Of a stretch of 64,000 nt of DNA, positions 14,114-27,235 are shown piece by piece. Within the stretch, counting starts at the first letter, position 1, and every line of letters starts with the position of its first letter. This DNA comes from the human T2T-CHM13v2.0 reference genome, Homo sapiens. A program made the translations under genes and the position numbers. The stretch is taken from NCBI RefSeq assembly GCF_009914755.1, contig NC_060927.1; one strand, given 5' to 3'. A model generated the notes under the pieces. It made no database searches. It was not told the origin of the DNA and saw nothing but the letters and a program-made list of their open reading frames with translations.

Positions 14114-14363
14114 ATCCAATTCTCCATCTACATCCTTTATAATCACTCGAAGAGAGTGAGAGGAACTTCACATACTAAAGCCTCATGTCTGACAAAAATA
14201 CATCTATACTACATGGATCTGCCACTTGAAATACTGAGGAAGCCTTTGGGTACCTTCGACCTTTCAGAGTCAGGCAGTTGCAAGGAATGCCTCGTTTGTT
14301 GAGGGTAGCGACACTGCCTTCCACGTCCAGCTGTAGTGGTGTCATGTGAGAGGTTGAAGGCCC
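14114..14363 (-). pseudogene. Candidate pseudo-exon
   Basis: ctacag acceptor (weak pyrimidine tract) and GAT|GTAAGA donor. GC-balanced unique sequence ending in HSLRVIIKDVDGELD; stops in all frames. Confidence 0.3.
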
Positions 14364-14921
14364 CTGTAGTCAGCCTTTTAAGCTTTTATGAAAAATGAAT
14401 TTACAGGTCACCTTCAGACTTGCATGGTTAAGAGAATCTCCACCCTAATCAACATCATAAGCCTCAGCTGATGAATTTATTATATACCACCTCAGGTGAT
14501 AAAACAAAGCCAGAGTTTGTTCACAGTGCAGCACCCGTGTGACCTGCTTTCAAACACAATTTCTTGAACTAATGCAGAAGAGCTTTCTTTTAATAAGACA
14601 AAAAGATAAGAAATCTCTCCTGGGCTTAAGAATAAAACCATAATACATTTTTATAATGTTTAAGAGAAATCTGTTTATTCATTTCAATAACCGTTAACTA
14701 AAACCCAACATAAGTGACATTCTATGCTAGGGTCTAAAGTCATCAAGATAAATGAGACCCAGTCCCCTACCCTTAAGAAAGTCAGTGTATAAATGAGAAA
14801 ACAATAGCTTCAATATCAAGGCTCTGGAAACTGTCCACTAAAATCTCCTAACTCTTTTGTTTGTTTGTTTTACATGCCACACTCTTTCCACTCTCTGGTG
14901 TATTATACTCTTCCCCTGTAA

Positions 14922-15280
<359 letters not shown>

Positions 15281-15289
15281 TAAAACTCT

Positions 15290-15640
15290 AGGATTTATTA
15301 ATCCATTTAACAAATATTTATTATGCTTAGTAACTAAACAGGGGATATAGAGCTGAACAAAACAAGTATGGCTTCCCTCTATGGCAAATTTCATTCTAGC
15401 AGGAAGAAACATGTAATGACTTGGCAAGTAAATAAATTATATAATTTTAGAAAGTGCTGTTGACCAAGGAAGCTTCTGAGGAGGGTGGCATTGGGTCAAA
15501 ACCTAGATGCTAAAAAGAAGCTGGCCATATGCAGATCTGCTTAAGAACCTTCTAGGCAGAAAGAACTAAAAATACAAAGGTATTGAGTCAGAAAGCATGT
15601 TGAGTTCTCTGAGGGACAGAGAGATAGCCAATGGAATGTA
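15290..15640 (+). mobile_element. L2 remnant
   Basis: 'atccatttaacaaatatttattatgc...tcattctagcagg...gctggccatatgcagatctg...ctaggcaga' is L2-like. Confidence 0.5.
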
Positions 15641-15969
15641 AAAGTTGTAAAGACATTACACAAAATGGAAAGGTACAGGAAATAAATCCTGAGAGTTAAG
15701 CAGTAGCATGTGTATTGACTATGCCAACATTACTACTGACAAGATATGTGTACCTGGCAGATAGAACAACTGTACCAATAGGGCACTGTGAAGCTCTGGT
15801 TATTAACCCTGAGGACACCACATGTGAAATTCAGAAAGTATAGAGTAATAAAGACAAATAATAAGAACAGGCAATGGCTGTAGAGTTTCATAGAAGCTCC
15901 AGAAAAGGAGGACAGACTGACTGAAGGGAAAACAGTGAAAAATGACTCAAAAGCTCATTGCAATTACCA

Positions 15970-16149
15970 CAGGGATGTGGCTGGACAGGAGGACTGGCTC
16001 CAAGGAAATGACAGCTGCATTTATAAGAGCTAGGAAATGCTTGGTTTAATGTTTTGCTCTCGTCATCTTGACATTCTTAATAATTTTGGATCAAGGAGCC
16101 CAACAATTTCAATTTATGCTGGATCTCACAAATCATGTTACCTGTCCTG
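15970..16149. mobile_element. MER45-like hAT-Tip100 MITE
   Basis: cagg...cctg termini and core 'gcttggtttaatgttttgctctcgtcatcttgacattcttaataattttgg'. Confidence 0.65.
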
Positions 16150-16489
16150 CTAGTCAGAGCAAAGTGATCTAAGAAAAATGTAATAAAGTTGCATTAGAAA
16201 CATTTTAATACAAATGTCTAGAAATGATTGAATAAAAAATTAAGTGAAACTATAAATATACTTCCATGTATGGTTGAATTTTCAAAAATTACTAGGCACC
16301 ATATACCGAGAAGAGGCAACACAAACCAGAACAGTTGTGGGAAGGAGGTCATCTTATCACATGCCAGATGTCAGTATTTAAAGCCAGCCTGTAGTAACTA
16401 AGTCAATGGAATTATCACAGGAATGGGCACAAACACACACATGCACACACCTAAACATACACACACACCAGAATAGGGCTATGTACATA

Positions 16490-17010
16490 GATAGATACTT
16501 CATATATCTCAGAATTGGTAATGTAAATCCATGGGGAAAAGATAGACTGCTCAAAAACTGATGCTGGAAAGTTAGTAATCTAACAGGTGTTAGCAAACCT
16601 ATTTCTATTTCACACTCTACAGCAGAAAAAAAAAATCTATCTAGGTGGAGTAAAATCCAACTGTAAAAGTACAGCTTTAGCATGTTAAGGAAAATATAGG
16701 TGACTGTTTTTAAGATCTCTGGCCAAGTTTGGATATATGTGTTAAAAGATAAATGTGAATTAAAAATTGTCAAATTTGGCAGCACTAAAATTAAAAAACC
16801 TCTTAAAAATCAGTTTAAAATGAGATGACGAGCTACTAACTGAGTTTTCAGTATGTATGACAAGATAAAATAGTTGCTTCCAGAATATATACAGATTTCC
16901 TTCTAGTAAACATTTCAACAAACAAAAAGCTTAAGATTATAAATTCTCGTTCATAGACTAGGAAACAAAAATGTTCGATAACTCTAAGATGTTAGTAACC
17001 TCATTAGCAA
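16490..17010 (+). mobile_element. Old L1ME ORF2 remnant
   Basis: Degenerate 'aaatccatggggaaaagatagactgctcaaaaactgatgctggaa...ctaaaattaaaaaacc'. Confidence 0.5.
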
Positions 17011-17744
17011 TAAGCTGCCAATATAGATAAGTCACCAAAACTTGTATTTGCACTCAAAATTGATTTACAGAATGATGTACAGTGTTATAATACACATAAA
17101 GTTTTTAAAAAGCTTAAAAATTTTTAACAGTAAAATTGTGTTTCTGTGTTTCAATTAAATGTACATATTATATGTGGCAAACATATGAAATATGCCTGTG
17201 AGATTCTCATCAAATCCATTTTTAGTCATTAAACAAACCTTTCAAGTACTAACAATGTGAAGGGCACTGAGATTCTTCAGGGCATACAATAATGAAAGCA
17301 CTTACATCCTGCCCTGAAGGCACACATGATCTTGTAGGAGAAATAGAGCATGCACACAAATCACTAAAGCATACCCGAGACACTGGGAAAATCTGGAAAC
17401 ACAGAGATAAAATGCTGCATGATCCACAATTAACTAGTTGAGTTAGTTAATTCCTGTCTTCCAAAATTCATTTTCACTGAAACTTGGGAAAAAGTCAGAT
17501 TCTATGAATACTGTAAACATACCAATGCAATTGACATTTGGACAGTGGGGGTTGAGTGCCAGAAAACTTTGGGAGAAGTAGATGGGATGTGCAGGATAGC
17601 CTGGGCAAGAACATGTATTTGTTAATGGTTTGCAATGCCTCAGACTTTACATTATTTATGAAAATAATTATTATTTCTTACATTAATATATAAATAATAT
17701 TTTAATATAATGCTGATGATACATATAATATTCACATTACTACA

Positions 17745-17885
17745 AGGTGGATATTATTTTATCCCGTTTACTGAGAGGGAAATATAATCTTTGCATGGAT
17801 AAATTAGCCAAGGTCATGAGCTCAGTGAGCAGGAGATCTAAGATCCAAATCCCAAGACTAGCTGACTCTGAGGTCTATGGCCATT
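17745..17885 (-). mobile_element. MIR
   Basis: 'tattattttatcccgtttactgagaggga...gccaaggtcatgagctcagtgagcaggag...gactctgag' is the MIR core. Confidence 0.6.
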
Positions 17886-18009
17886 CTTGGAATAACATGT
17901 CTTCTAAGGAATTCTATTATTTCTCATCTAGATATCTTTATGTATATTTTAAAAACTGGTTATTTTTAAAAAGTGGAATGTTTTAAGTAACTTCTATCAG
18001 CAGTTCTTA

Positions 18010-18480
18010 AAAGAGTGAAATTATGTACACTCAGAAAAACAAATACTGTGAAACAGAATTTACTTATGTGGAATCTAAGTTGAACTTATAGAATCAGAAC
18101 AGAATGCTGGTTGCCAGGAGCTGGGGGTGGGTGCGGGAGGAGAGGTTAATCAAAGGGTATGTATTTTCAATTGTAAGATCATTAAGTTCTGTGGATCTAA
18201 TATACAGTGTAGTGAAATACTATAAATAGGTAATGATATTCCATTGTTTCCTTGAAATTTATAAGAGAGATATTGTGTCCTCACCACGCCCCCCAACACA
18301 CACACACACACTCAGACGGTAACTATGGGTGGTGATTGATGTGTTGATTAATTTGACTGCAGTAATCAGTATATGATGTAGAGAAATATAAAATCACCTT
18401 ATATACCTTAAATATACACAATTTTTATTTTTCAATTAAATATCTTAAAATTTTAAAAACTAAAAAATGAATATAAATAA
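18010..18480 (+). mobile_element. L1MA/MB 3' UTR fragment
   Basis: 'cttatgtggaatctaag...gaatgctggttgccagg...ggtaactatg...atataccttaaatatacacaatttttatt' plus A-tail; flanked by a long direct repeat. Confidence 0.85.
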
Positions 18481-19391
18481 AAAATGGATTGTTTTAAGTA
18501 ACTTCTATCAGTGAGTCTCAATACATGTTTTCTGAATCTTTGGTGTCGCAAGTGAAGTGTCTATATATGTCATGTATATTCTTCAGGTTGAATTCTACAT
18601 ATCACATTATCAGAAGATAATATTTACAATATGTAGTATGTAATATTTAGTAACTACCACCCATACTAATGATAAAGCATAGTGTCATGGAAAATATTTG
18701 TTTACTCTCAATTTTGATTCAATAATTGTGTGCTTTTAGAAATTTTCGTGGCCATTTAAAAAATGAAAAAAAAATTAGAAGATTTTATTAAGTTTGTTAG
18801 ATATGTATTTGTTTAATAAATATTTATTAGATGTTACCAATGTGCTACATCCAATTCTAGGTACTATGGTTACAGCAAACACTTAGACCTTCACAGAGCT
18901 TTACTTCAGAGTGAGAAAAAATATAAAAATTCTGATAGGGATATTTGCTATGAAGAAAAACAAGCAAATAAGAGGATGGCCAGGGACTGGGAGAGAGTGT
19001 TCAGGAAATGGATGGAATTTGATCCTAAGGAAAGTGAAATTGCAGGTTCGGATGATACGACTAATTGAAAGACATTTCTCTCTGACTTGGCATTTCTGTT
19101 ATCAGCTAAGCTGCTTGCTTTGCTCCAGTCATAGGTTAATTAGTTGGGAGAGATTCTTGACAGAAATCGGCTGCGAATGTTTGCATTCATTTATTACTCT
19201 TATTTTCAAGAGGAAAATGAGGATTATACTCCTCAGATAAAAGGTTGAACAAAGCAAGTTTTTATCTTCTGCAGAGGGGTAGTTTGTCTTGCTCAAGATT
19301 TGATAGAGATTTGGAGAGCATTTCGTGGATAGTGCGGAAAGTAGGTTCAGATTTGCCCTTAGAACCCAAGTTTCTCAGCTGAAAAACTCAC

Positions 19392-19506
19392 AGTCTCTTT
19401 TCTCTAAGACACAATGTATTATTTCTTGAAGGTCACTATAATTCTCATCTACGTCCTGGAGAAAATTCTTGACATCAACTTGAAGGTGCTCTTATAAAGA
19501 GACTCA
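19392..19506 (-). pseudogene. Candidate pseudo-exon (115 nt)
   Basis: tttctgtag acceptor and GTGAGT donor; translation ...EHLQVDVKNFLQDVDENYSDLQEIIHCVLEKRD. Confidence 0.45.
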
Positions 19507-19863
19507 CTACAGAAACATTCATTTCTTTTCAACGTATTTAATTCCCTACTCTGACACTGGCTAGTTACATGACCTTGGGCAAATTGCTTTCTCTCACGAA
19601 ACTTCTGATTCTCCCAGACAAGTTCCCTTTTCTTCATCACTCAAACAAGTCTTGAAATCTCATCTCCCGTAGGAAGCAATTCCAATAAATTAGAGAAAAA
19701 ATGATTAATTCCAATATGCCACTTCCATTGTGCTTTTCTTCTATTCCTACCTATCTACTAAATGCACTTATTTCCACTGTTTACAGCTAGTAAAAAGATA
19801 CTTTATTTTCATTTTATTGTTTATTTAAAACTATTTGTTTATGTTGTCATCTCATGTGCATAC

Positions 19864-20323
19864 TACAGGGGAAAAAGTAGTATCTTTTCCTTACCCGTCT
19901 CAAGGTTCATGCTTACACCCTACGGCAATGGCAGATTAAAGAAAAAAAGCATAGCAAATTTATTTCATGGAAGTTATACATGACCTGTGTCTTCAGAAAT
20001 AAAAATGCAAAGACCCAGGGAAAGCTGTGTACTTTTTATGGACAGTCCTGAAGAAGTGTCATTGGAGGACAAAAGGCTATGTGTGATCTTATGGTAATAA
20101 ACTGAGGGGAACTCATCAAGACTCTTTTTTCAGATTTTTCTTGGCCTCTGGGTATACACAGGATCCTTTGGAATGAGGGTTGTATAACCTACTTTCAAAG
20201 GAGATAGGTCAGAGAATTTTTTTACAACCTTGTTTCAGGGAAGAAAGGCAGGGAAAAGTTCAGAGAGTAACTGAGGTTACTCCAAGGTGCCATAATCTGG
20301 GTAGCATGTTCTGAGCCCTGACA
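19864..20323. mobile_element. ERV1-class solo LTR (MER34/MER39 group)
   Basis: ~460 bp with ta(tg)...ca termini and a 4-bp TSD atac (19860-19863 / 20324-20327). Motif 'cagattaaagaaaaaaagcatagcaaatttattt' is recalled from this group. Confidence 0.7.
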
Positions 20324-20828
20324 ATACTTACATATTTTGTAGATAACATTCCAAATTAATTGAGTTATATGTTCATGTTTCAGACTCACTGAAAACTGTA
20401 TTTACCCTGTACCATCTAATTCTGCTCAACAACAGAGATTTGTTCAGGAGTAACACTTCAGATGGCACCTTGGTTGCCAGAGAAATGGCCTAACATAGGG
20501 ATCTGTCTGAACAGAGGGGCTCAATATGGCTTTTATATCTGGTTTCCTGCGTCTTAAGCTCAGTGTCTAACACTTTAAAAGTGCTCAATATTTACTGGTC
20601 AAAGGATTTGTGGAAGAATGAATCGCAGCATTGCCTAAGAGTATCAGGACATTGGACCTGGAATCTAAAGTTTCTGCAAAGCTCAGTCATGGCGTTGTCA
20701 AACTGTCTCTGGAGGGAATAGGGGGTGTTGGGACAAGAAATTGTGGGAATCTGGTTTACTTTCATTTCTGAAACTAGTAAGTTGGATGATTTTGGCAAAA
20801 CACTTACCCTCTTTGACCCTCAGGTAAC

Positions 20829-20911
20829 TACTCTCTCTCTCTCTCTCTCACTCACTCACTCTTTCTCTCCCTTTCTTCTCTCTCTTTCTCCTCCTCCCTC
20901 TCTCTCTCTCC
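20829..20911. repeat. (CT)n low-complexity tract
   Basis: Direct reading. Confidence 0.9.
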
Positions 20912-22320
20912 ACTTACATAGATATGAATTGAATGAGACTGTTTCTAGAGTAACTTCTAGGTATAATATTGTAGAGTCCATGAGTGTATTGACAATCCAG
21001 CTAACCCCCCGCTTGTAACCCCACTCACCACTTCAGATAAACCAAACTTTTCCTAGGGACTGTATTTAAAGTAGGCAATGCTGTGGTCAGAGTTCATGTC
21101 TGGGTGACTATAATCATTCCCAATAGCAAGATGGGATAATGGTTATGCTTCCAACTGTACCAAGGAAAGAGTTGTTTTCTGAGCGTTGGAATGCCCAGTG
21201 CAGCAGAGAAGTAACATAAGGACTTAAACAAATGTAGGCTTGAGATAACATAAGCTTGATGCCCAGCAGGTAATGGTATCCTTTATTTGTCAAATAATGT
21301 CAAAAAGAGCTACATACATAGAAATGTGCTAGAAAATACCAATACTTCTAGTGCTGCTATTGCAGCTGAATATAATCTGCTTCACACTCAAAACACTGCA
21401 AGAATTAATGAGTGCAAAATGCTTTTGGGAAGAGAATGAGCCTTCCTGAGCTCTGTCTAGGCCAGTGAAATGGGCTGACACTAAATAACCCAAAGGCTCC
21501 CTAAGCAGGGTGCCATGAGTATTAACATATGTATTACACCGCATTAACATCATGAGTGATTAAATTAGCTATCACCTAAACATGATAATGGCTAAATCAT
21601 CCTTACCAGGCAGAGCAGAAAATTGCACACAGCTTTTGGGTATGGGGCAGTGAATAAGATCATAGCACTTCAGTGTCAGCTAGGCAGAGCCAGCATTAAA
21701 TGAAAATTGTTCAGTTAGAAGATACCCTGGCTCTTTTCCAGGGAATGCTTCCCCTGCAATTAAACATTAAGAGGGCATCAGTAGGCCCCACACTAACTCA
21801 GGGCTGTGGCGTTTATTTATCCATTTTGAAGACACATATAGAAAGAGAGAACACTATTATCACACATGGATATATGGGCAACATCCCAGCTGAATAATAA
21901 ACTCCATTCTGTTTTTTCCTTTACATTGCAAATCTCCATCTTTGAGGGTCTTCCTGCAGCTAACAAAAGAGAGTAGAGAGAGAGGGGACTACAGGCTGGT
22001 GCTGTCTTGAGCATCATTTATGGGGATTGTGGCATGACTTTTTAGGATAGCACCACAAATCATTATACCGGCTATTCATTAGAAGAAAGAAAACTTCTGT
22101 GAGAACCAAGACATAGCACATTGTAATCCCAAGAACTGCTTCTTGTTCAGTGGTGTGTACTAATCATTGCCAGGGGGAAATCATCTTTTCATTTTTTGCT
22201 TGAATAATAAAGAACTCCTGAGCCACTCTAAGGGTGTCAAAAGCTCACTATGTGGTCTTTTGTCCTCTTTGGCCACTGTGTTGCTCCCATGTACTTCTGT
22301 GATTTTGAAGTTACCCTTAC

Positions 22321-22432
22321 CTTCTCGTACTTGAACTCTTTCCTCTGTCTCTCTTCTGTTAACCAGAAGCTTTGTGCAAGCCATTGCTGCAACTTCAGTG
22401 AAAAGTGTTCTTATGAATAATACTGCATTTTT
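22321..22432 (-). pseudogene. Candidate exon (112 nt, open frame)
   Basis: ccttcag acceptor and GAAG|GTAAGG donor; KNAVLFIRTLFTEVAAMACTKLLVNRRETEERVQVRE with no stop. Confidence 0.5.
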
Positions 22433-23132
22433 CTGAAGGCCTCCGAAACAAAACAACTGGTTGGTTTAACAACTACCCTTTCCAAGATTTTTCTGCATGA
22501 TTAGAAATATAAGCATATTGCTTAGAATCTGGGAACTCTCTCCTTTCCTTTAGAAAACAGAATGACAACAAAAAAACTGTTATTTTGCTGCTTGCAGGAA
22601 AGAAATAGCTGCTTGATAAGAAATAAGTACAAATTGTGAAAGTACTTCTCAAAGTCTGGCTATGTTTCAGATTCAAGGCCCACAGTCCCAAGCTACATCT
22701 TCATTGACAGGTTTCTCCTTTTAATACATTCTAATAGGAATTTGGCCAAAAGACATGGTTACAAATGCTTAGAAGTCACGTCCTTTATTTTATCTTGTAC
22801 AGGTGAAGAACAAATTCTTAAAGATGGAAAACTTAAACACTGAGTCACTAATAGAGATGGCGAATTCTCAGAATGACTTTCTATATTACGAGAATTTGTA
22901 AATACTGTTTTACAATGTTACTTTTATGATATTTCTGTTACTGTTCCTGCTCTGTTTTTGTTTTTTAACAAGAGTGATAATTTCCTGGGAATTATCACCA
23001 AATAAATAGTCTTTTTGGGAAAAATAATATATCAAATTGTTCTGTTTCACCAAATAAGTTATAAATAAGATTCCCTTGTATTGAAAACAAATTGGAATTT
23101 GTTTTATTTTATAAAATATTTATTTTACTCAC

Positions 23133-23301
23133 AAATTTCCTCCTTCCCTCCATGCAGATTCCATCAACTGAAGTCTGGTTTCATGGGCATGCTACCAATA
23201 CAGTCACATAGGACCCCAAACTAAATATGGCTCATAGTTGGTGTTTAATGCTCTGAAGTTTCCATTTTGAAATTTTTCTTAAGGTTACCTTTACATTTAT
23301 G
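23133..23301 (-). pseudogene. Candidate pseudo-exon, C-terminal half of an RGS-like domain
   Basis: Pyrimidine tract plus tttcaaag acceptor and GTGAGT donor; INVKVTLRK, then after a frameshift HAHETRLQLMESAWRE. Confidence 0.5.
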
Positions 23302-24619
23302 CTTTGAAAGTAGAGTCCAGTGGGGGAAAGAAGCATGTGCTGGGGTCTTGGAATCTTAGCAAATAGATGGTCCATCTCACACCACATATGTTTTTCTGAA
23401 ACAGGTTCTCTAAGGCCCATCCATGCTCTCTGGTTTCCCCGCCTGGCCTTGCCTCCCCCTTCTCATTGCCACCTACTGACTAAGGCTGGCAAATGCCTCT
23501 GCAGGGATCTGAGTGTGGGCACAAGGAACACTGGGGTCACACACTCTCCTGGTGTCATCAGGCAGGGCAAGGCAACAGCCATTTCTCCCCTGCAGTGGTA
23601 GCACCTGGACGTATTTTTTCAGCCACTTGCCCAGGAGAGGAGAGAGCGGAAGAGTGTGGGAAGGGGAGATTAACTTTATTACTTCCTGCAAGGCCTGTGC
23701 ATTTTCTTTTTATACTGAGAGGGGCAGTAGACAACTCTGTCTCAACTCCCATAGTTCTAAAAACTGTGTCACTCATGACTTTCTTAATAGTAAATCTAAA
23801 GGTTTTAGTCATCGGTTAAACAAAAATTTGCTGAAAGGAAAAAAAAAATTGCTTCTAAAATAATTTCAACTATGATCTTCACTTTTAAAGTCTCCTCCAG
23901 AGGTTGAGGGAGAAAAGGCACACAGCTAGTTGGTGACTCTTTTAGTTAGATTCTTTGGGCTGCAAGCAAGAGAAAATCACGAACACTCCCTCAAGGAAAA
24001 GTGAGTTTGTTATAAGGCATGAACAGTGAATGCCATCAGCAGCAAGGCAACTCAGGTGGCTTCTCACTCCATTTCTGTCAAGAGCTTACAGTCTCTCTAG
24101 GGCATCTCTGCTTCTTTCTGTCTATCACCTTCCTCATCACTTTGATTTGTATATGGCTCACCACGGTCTGTCATAGGTTTCAACTTCTTCATTGCAGCTT
24201 TATAAAGTCAGTTCCTACTGCTAACTACCTCATTACCCGGATATTTCTCACCAGCTCTTCTTTCATGCTAGGACACCTCATTGCTGTCAGGCCCTGACTA
24301 CCAATTGGCTATTCCTCGGTCAGATCCTTCATTCAGTTATCTCAGCTATGGCCAGGGTGTTGTGCAGGAAAATGGGTCACCTTCTTCATGGAGGGTTGAG
24401 GACAGGGCAGGCCCTTTAATGGACACCTACTGCAACAGCACATTCTTTCTCTGTTCCTGAATTGACCCTGTCACTTTTATTCCCGATTTCAGTTAAAGGC
24501 CCCATCATGCCAGTGGTTCGGTGAGGCACAAAATTATGTTCATACTCTTTTCTTTCCCTCGTGCATCACTTCTATTGGCTCTACCTCCTCAATTTTTCTT
24601 TTCGTATTCTGTGATTGGC

Positions 24620-25000
24620 TTCAGAATAAAATCCAGTGTCTTTAGTATGGCATAAAGACCTTCCTGGCATGGTTCCTGACTAGTCTCCAGTCTCATTCTC
24701 TGTCACTCTTGCTGTTTCCTACCCTCAAGCATTGCTATTAAACTACTTGCAGTTCTGTAAAAGAGCTATCCTCTTTCTCGTCTTTATAATTTCCCACTTC
24801 CTGCTCTTCTTCCATAACACAAGCACAAGGCATTTGCCTTCCTCACAGCACTGATCACACACTTGTCACAAGGCATTGCTGCTGTTTCTTTAAGTGGTTT
24901 CCCAGTAGTTTGTGAGCTTATTGAGGACACACACCATGTTTCAGTTTTCTGTATCTCTTACATCAAGCCGAGAACATAATATACGGTATATGTTAAATAT
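24620..25000 (-). mobile_element. L2 remnant
   Basis: 'cagaataaaatccagtgtctttagtatggcataaagaccttcc...tgtgagcttattgaggac'. Confidence 0.55.
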
Positions 25001-26199
25001 AATAAATACGTATTACTGTATGTCCCATATCTTAAAAATTTCAATGACCCTCACATTGTTCTCAGTATAAAGCACACACTCTTAAGCACCTCTCCCATAT
25101 CATGTTTTCATTACTCTTCCATTTTATATTCCAACAATACCGAAACACTTTTGCTTAGTCATTTTCTCATGCTAATTTATTTCTCTTTGCTTTTATAACT
25201 GATGTTCCTTATGTCCAGAATACCTTTCCCCAAAGTTTCTGCACAAGAAATTCCTACTTATTCCTAAGTATTTACCTTAGGAATCGGCTACCTTGGAAAA
25301 TCACTGTGCTCTCTTTTTTCCCTCTCTTCTGGTAATTTTAGACTCATTCCTCTTTAGCATCTGGTAAAATTTCTTTTCTCTGGTATTGTACTTTTACAAA
25401 AGTATACCTGTTGCTTTTATTGTCTTTCTCTTTAGAGAAAAGAGACAGGTCCTTTTTACATCCTCAATATATAATGAGACACATTTAGAGATAGAACATA
25501 ATCAACCTAGACCTAAGGACTAGGTCTCTTCTGGCTTATCCAAATGATTTTCCCTTTCATAATGCCAACTTCTGTGAAAATAGTTGCCTTCAAGATAAAT
25601 GATACAGTTATTCCACTAATGCAATGTTATTATCGCAATATTATTAATACATTATTCTGTATAAGATAAGAAACACATTAAGATGCCTTAAGAAAGACAA
25701 CAACCCTATAGCTTAAGTAAAATTAAAATTTATTGCTGGCCAACATAACATCCTAGAAATGATTGGTCTAGGCTGTAAAATAGTTCTGCTCCATGAAGTA
25801 ATTCAGATACAACATCAAAATCAACTTACTTCTGTCTTGATTTTTATGTTGCTATTGGCTATGTAGTTGCATCTGGGTTGCCACTACCAACACTTGAAAA
25901 CCTGTAGGAAAGGGCAAGAGGGATGTAGAAAACAAGATTTCCTTTAATCTTGTGAAGTAGGAATATTATGCCTGCTCACATTCCATTAGGAAGACATCTA
26001 GCTACAAAGAAGACTAGAAAATACAGAAAACGCAGTCTCAAGCTGAGTGGCCATGTACCCAGCTAATAATGTATTATTACGGAAGCAGTAGGAAACCAAT
26101 TTTAAAGGACAAATAGCAATTTGAGTAAATTTCTGTTTTGAAATTATTTATATAGCCCAGAGCAAGTTATTATGAAAGTCAATTGGATTTCAAGAACAA

Positions 26200-26430
26200 A
26201 TATAGTGTAGTGTTTATGAGTATAGGTTCTAGAGGCAGATCAAACAGCTCTAGTCATTTCTGGGTGTGTGACTTTGACAAGTCATTTAATTTTTCTGTGT
26301 TTCTGTTTCCTATCCATAAAATGGGTATGGCAGTAATATTGACTTCTACTCTGGGTTTAAATAAGTTAATAAAGGAGAAAAGCTTAAGAGGTGTCTGGCT
26401 TAGAGTGAGCACAATTTAGGTGTTAGCAAT
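26200..26430 (+). mobile_element. MIR
   Basis: 'tgtgtgactttgacaagtcatttaatttttctgtgtttctgtttcctatccataaaatggg'. Confidence 0.75.
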
Positions 26431-27000
26431 TATTGTATGTATTTCTACAGGTGCCAAATAAATATTTTTGAATGAATAAACAACCTAACTGGTAGCTCCA
26501 TGTATTAAATGACTCTGGAAATTTATATTTTGGGATGTCTTATGTTCAATTTTCATAGATTTCTACTTTTAGCCCACTTCTACATTCTCAATTATTACTT
26601 CTTTCTAGTATCAGAGTATCATACTCTAGAAGCCTTCCATTTCTAATTGTTTATAGTAACTGTGGATTTCTATCAAATAATTAAACTTATTAAGGCTGTG
26701 TGTAAAGCGGAATTTAATAGGCTCTGGCAGACAATCTAAGGGACATTTTTATGACACAAAGTTAGCATAGTTTTAGTGCATAGTGTTTAAGAATCTATTT
26801 TTGTTGTTTAAGGACATTTTTAGTTTATTTTCTGTGCCTATACATAGTGTTAGGAAATATCTTCAGAAAAGTGAGTTATGGTTTGTTATACACATATAGG
26901 TAATTATCAAAATCTCAATATAGGCTTGAATTTTGAAGTATAAAGAGTTTTCAAGAAACAATTATCACCACATATTGAAGAGAGTGGAAATTTATTTTAC

Positions 27001-27235
27001 TTTCTGAAGAAAATCAGGCAGAGCAAACAGAAATCTCATTAGAATTTATTGGTAACAATATTTATGAGGAAGTCATCCTTGGGTCTACAGATTTCCAGAA
27101 ATTAGAGAATCTCAAAGTAAACATGGGGTATGTACTAAGGCATATCTCTTTGAAGTCACTTGCACGGATGCTGCCTAAGAAAGAAGAATATTTCTGCCTC
27201 TGTGACTTTTAAAATCTCATATTCTGTATTCTGGC
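27001..27235 (-). pseudogene. Candidate pseudo-exon, N-terminal half of an RGS-like domain
   Basis: tgcag acceptor and GTAAAA donor; QNTEYEILKVTEAEIFFFLRQHPCK*LQRDMP*YIPHVYFEIL*FLEICRPKDDFLINIVTNKF. Confidence 0.42.

Noticed and set aside
22803-22901. Plus-strand terminal exon candidate after ttttatcttgtacag (VKNKFLKMENL...)
   Set aside because: Isolated acceptor, no recognisable protein and no upstream coding partner.
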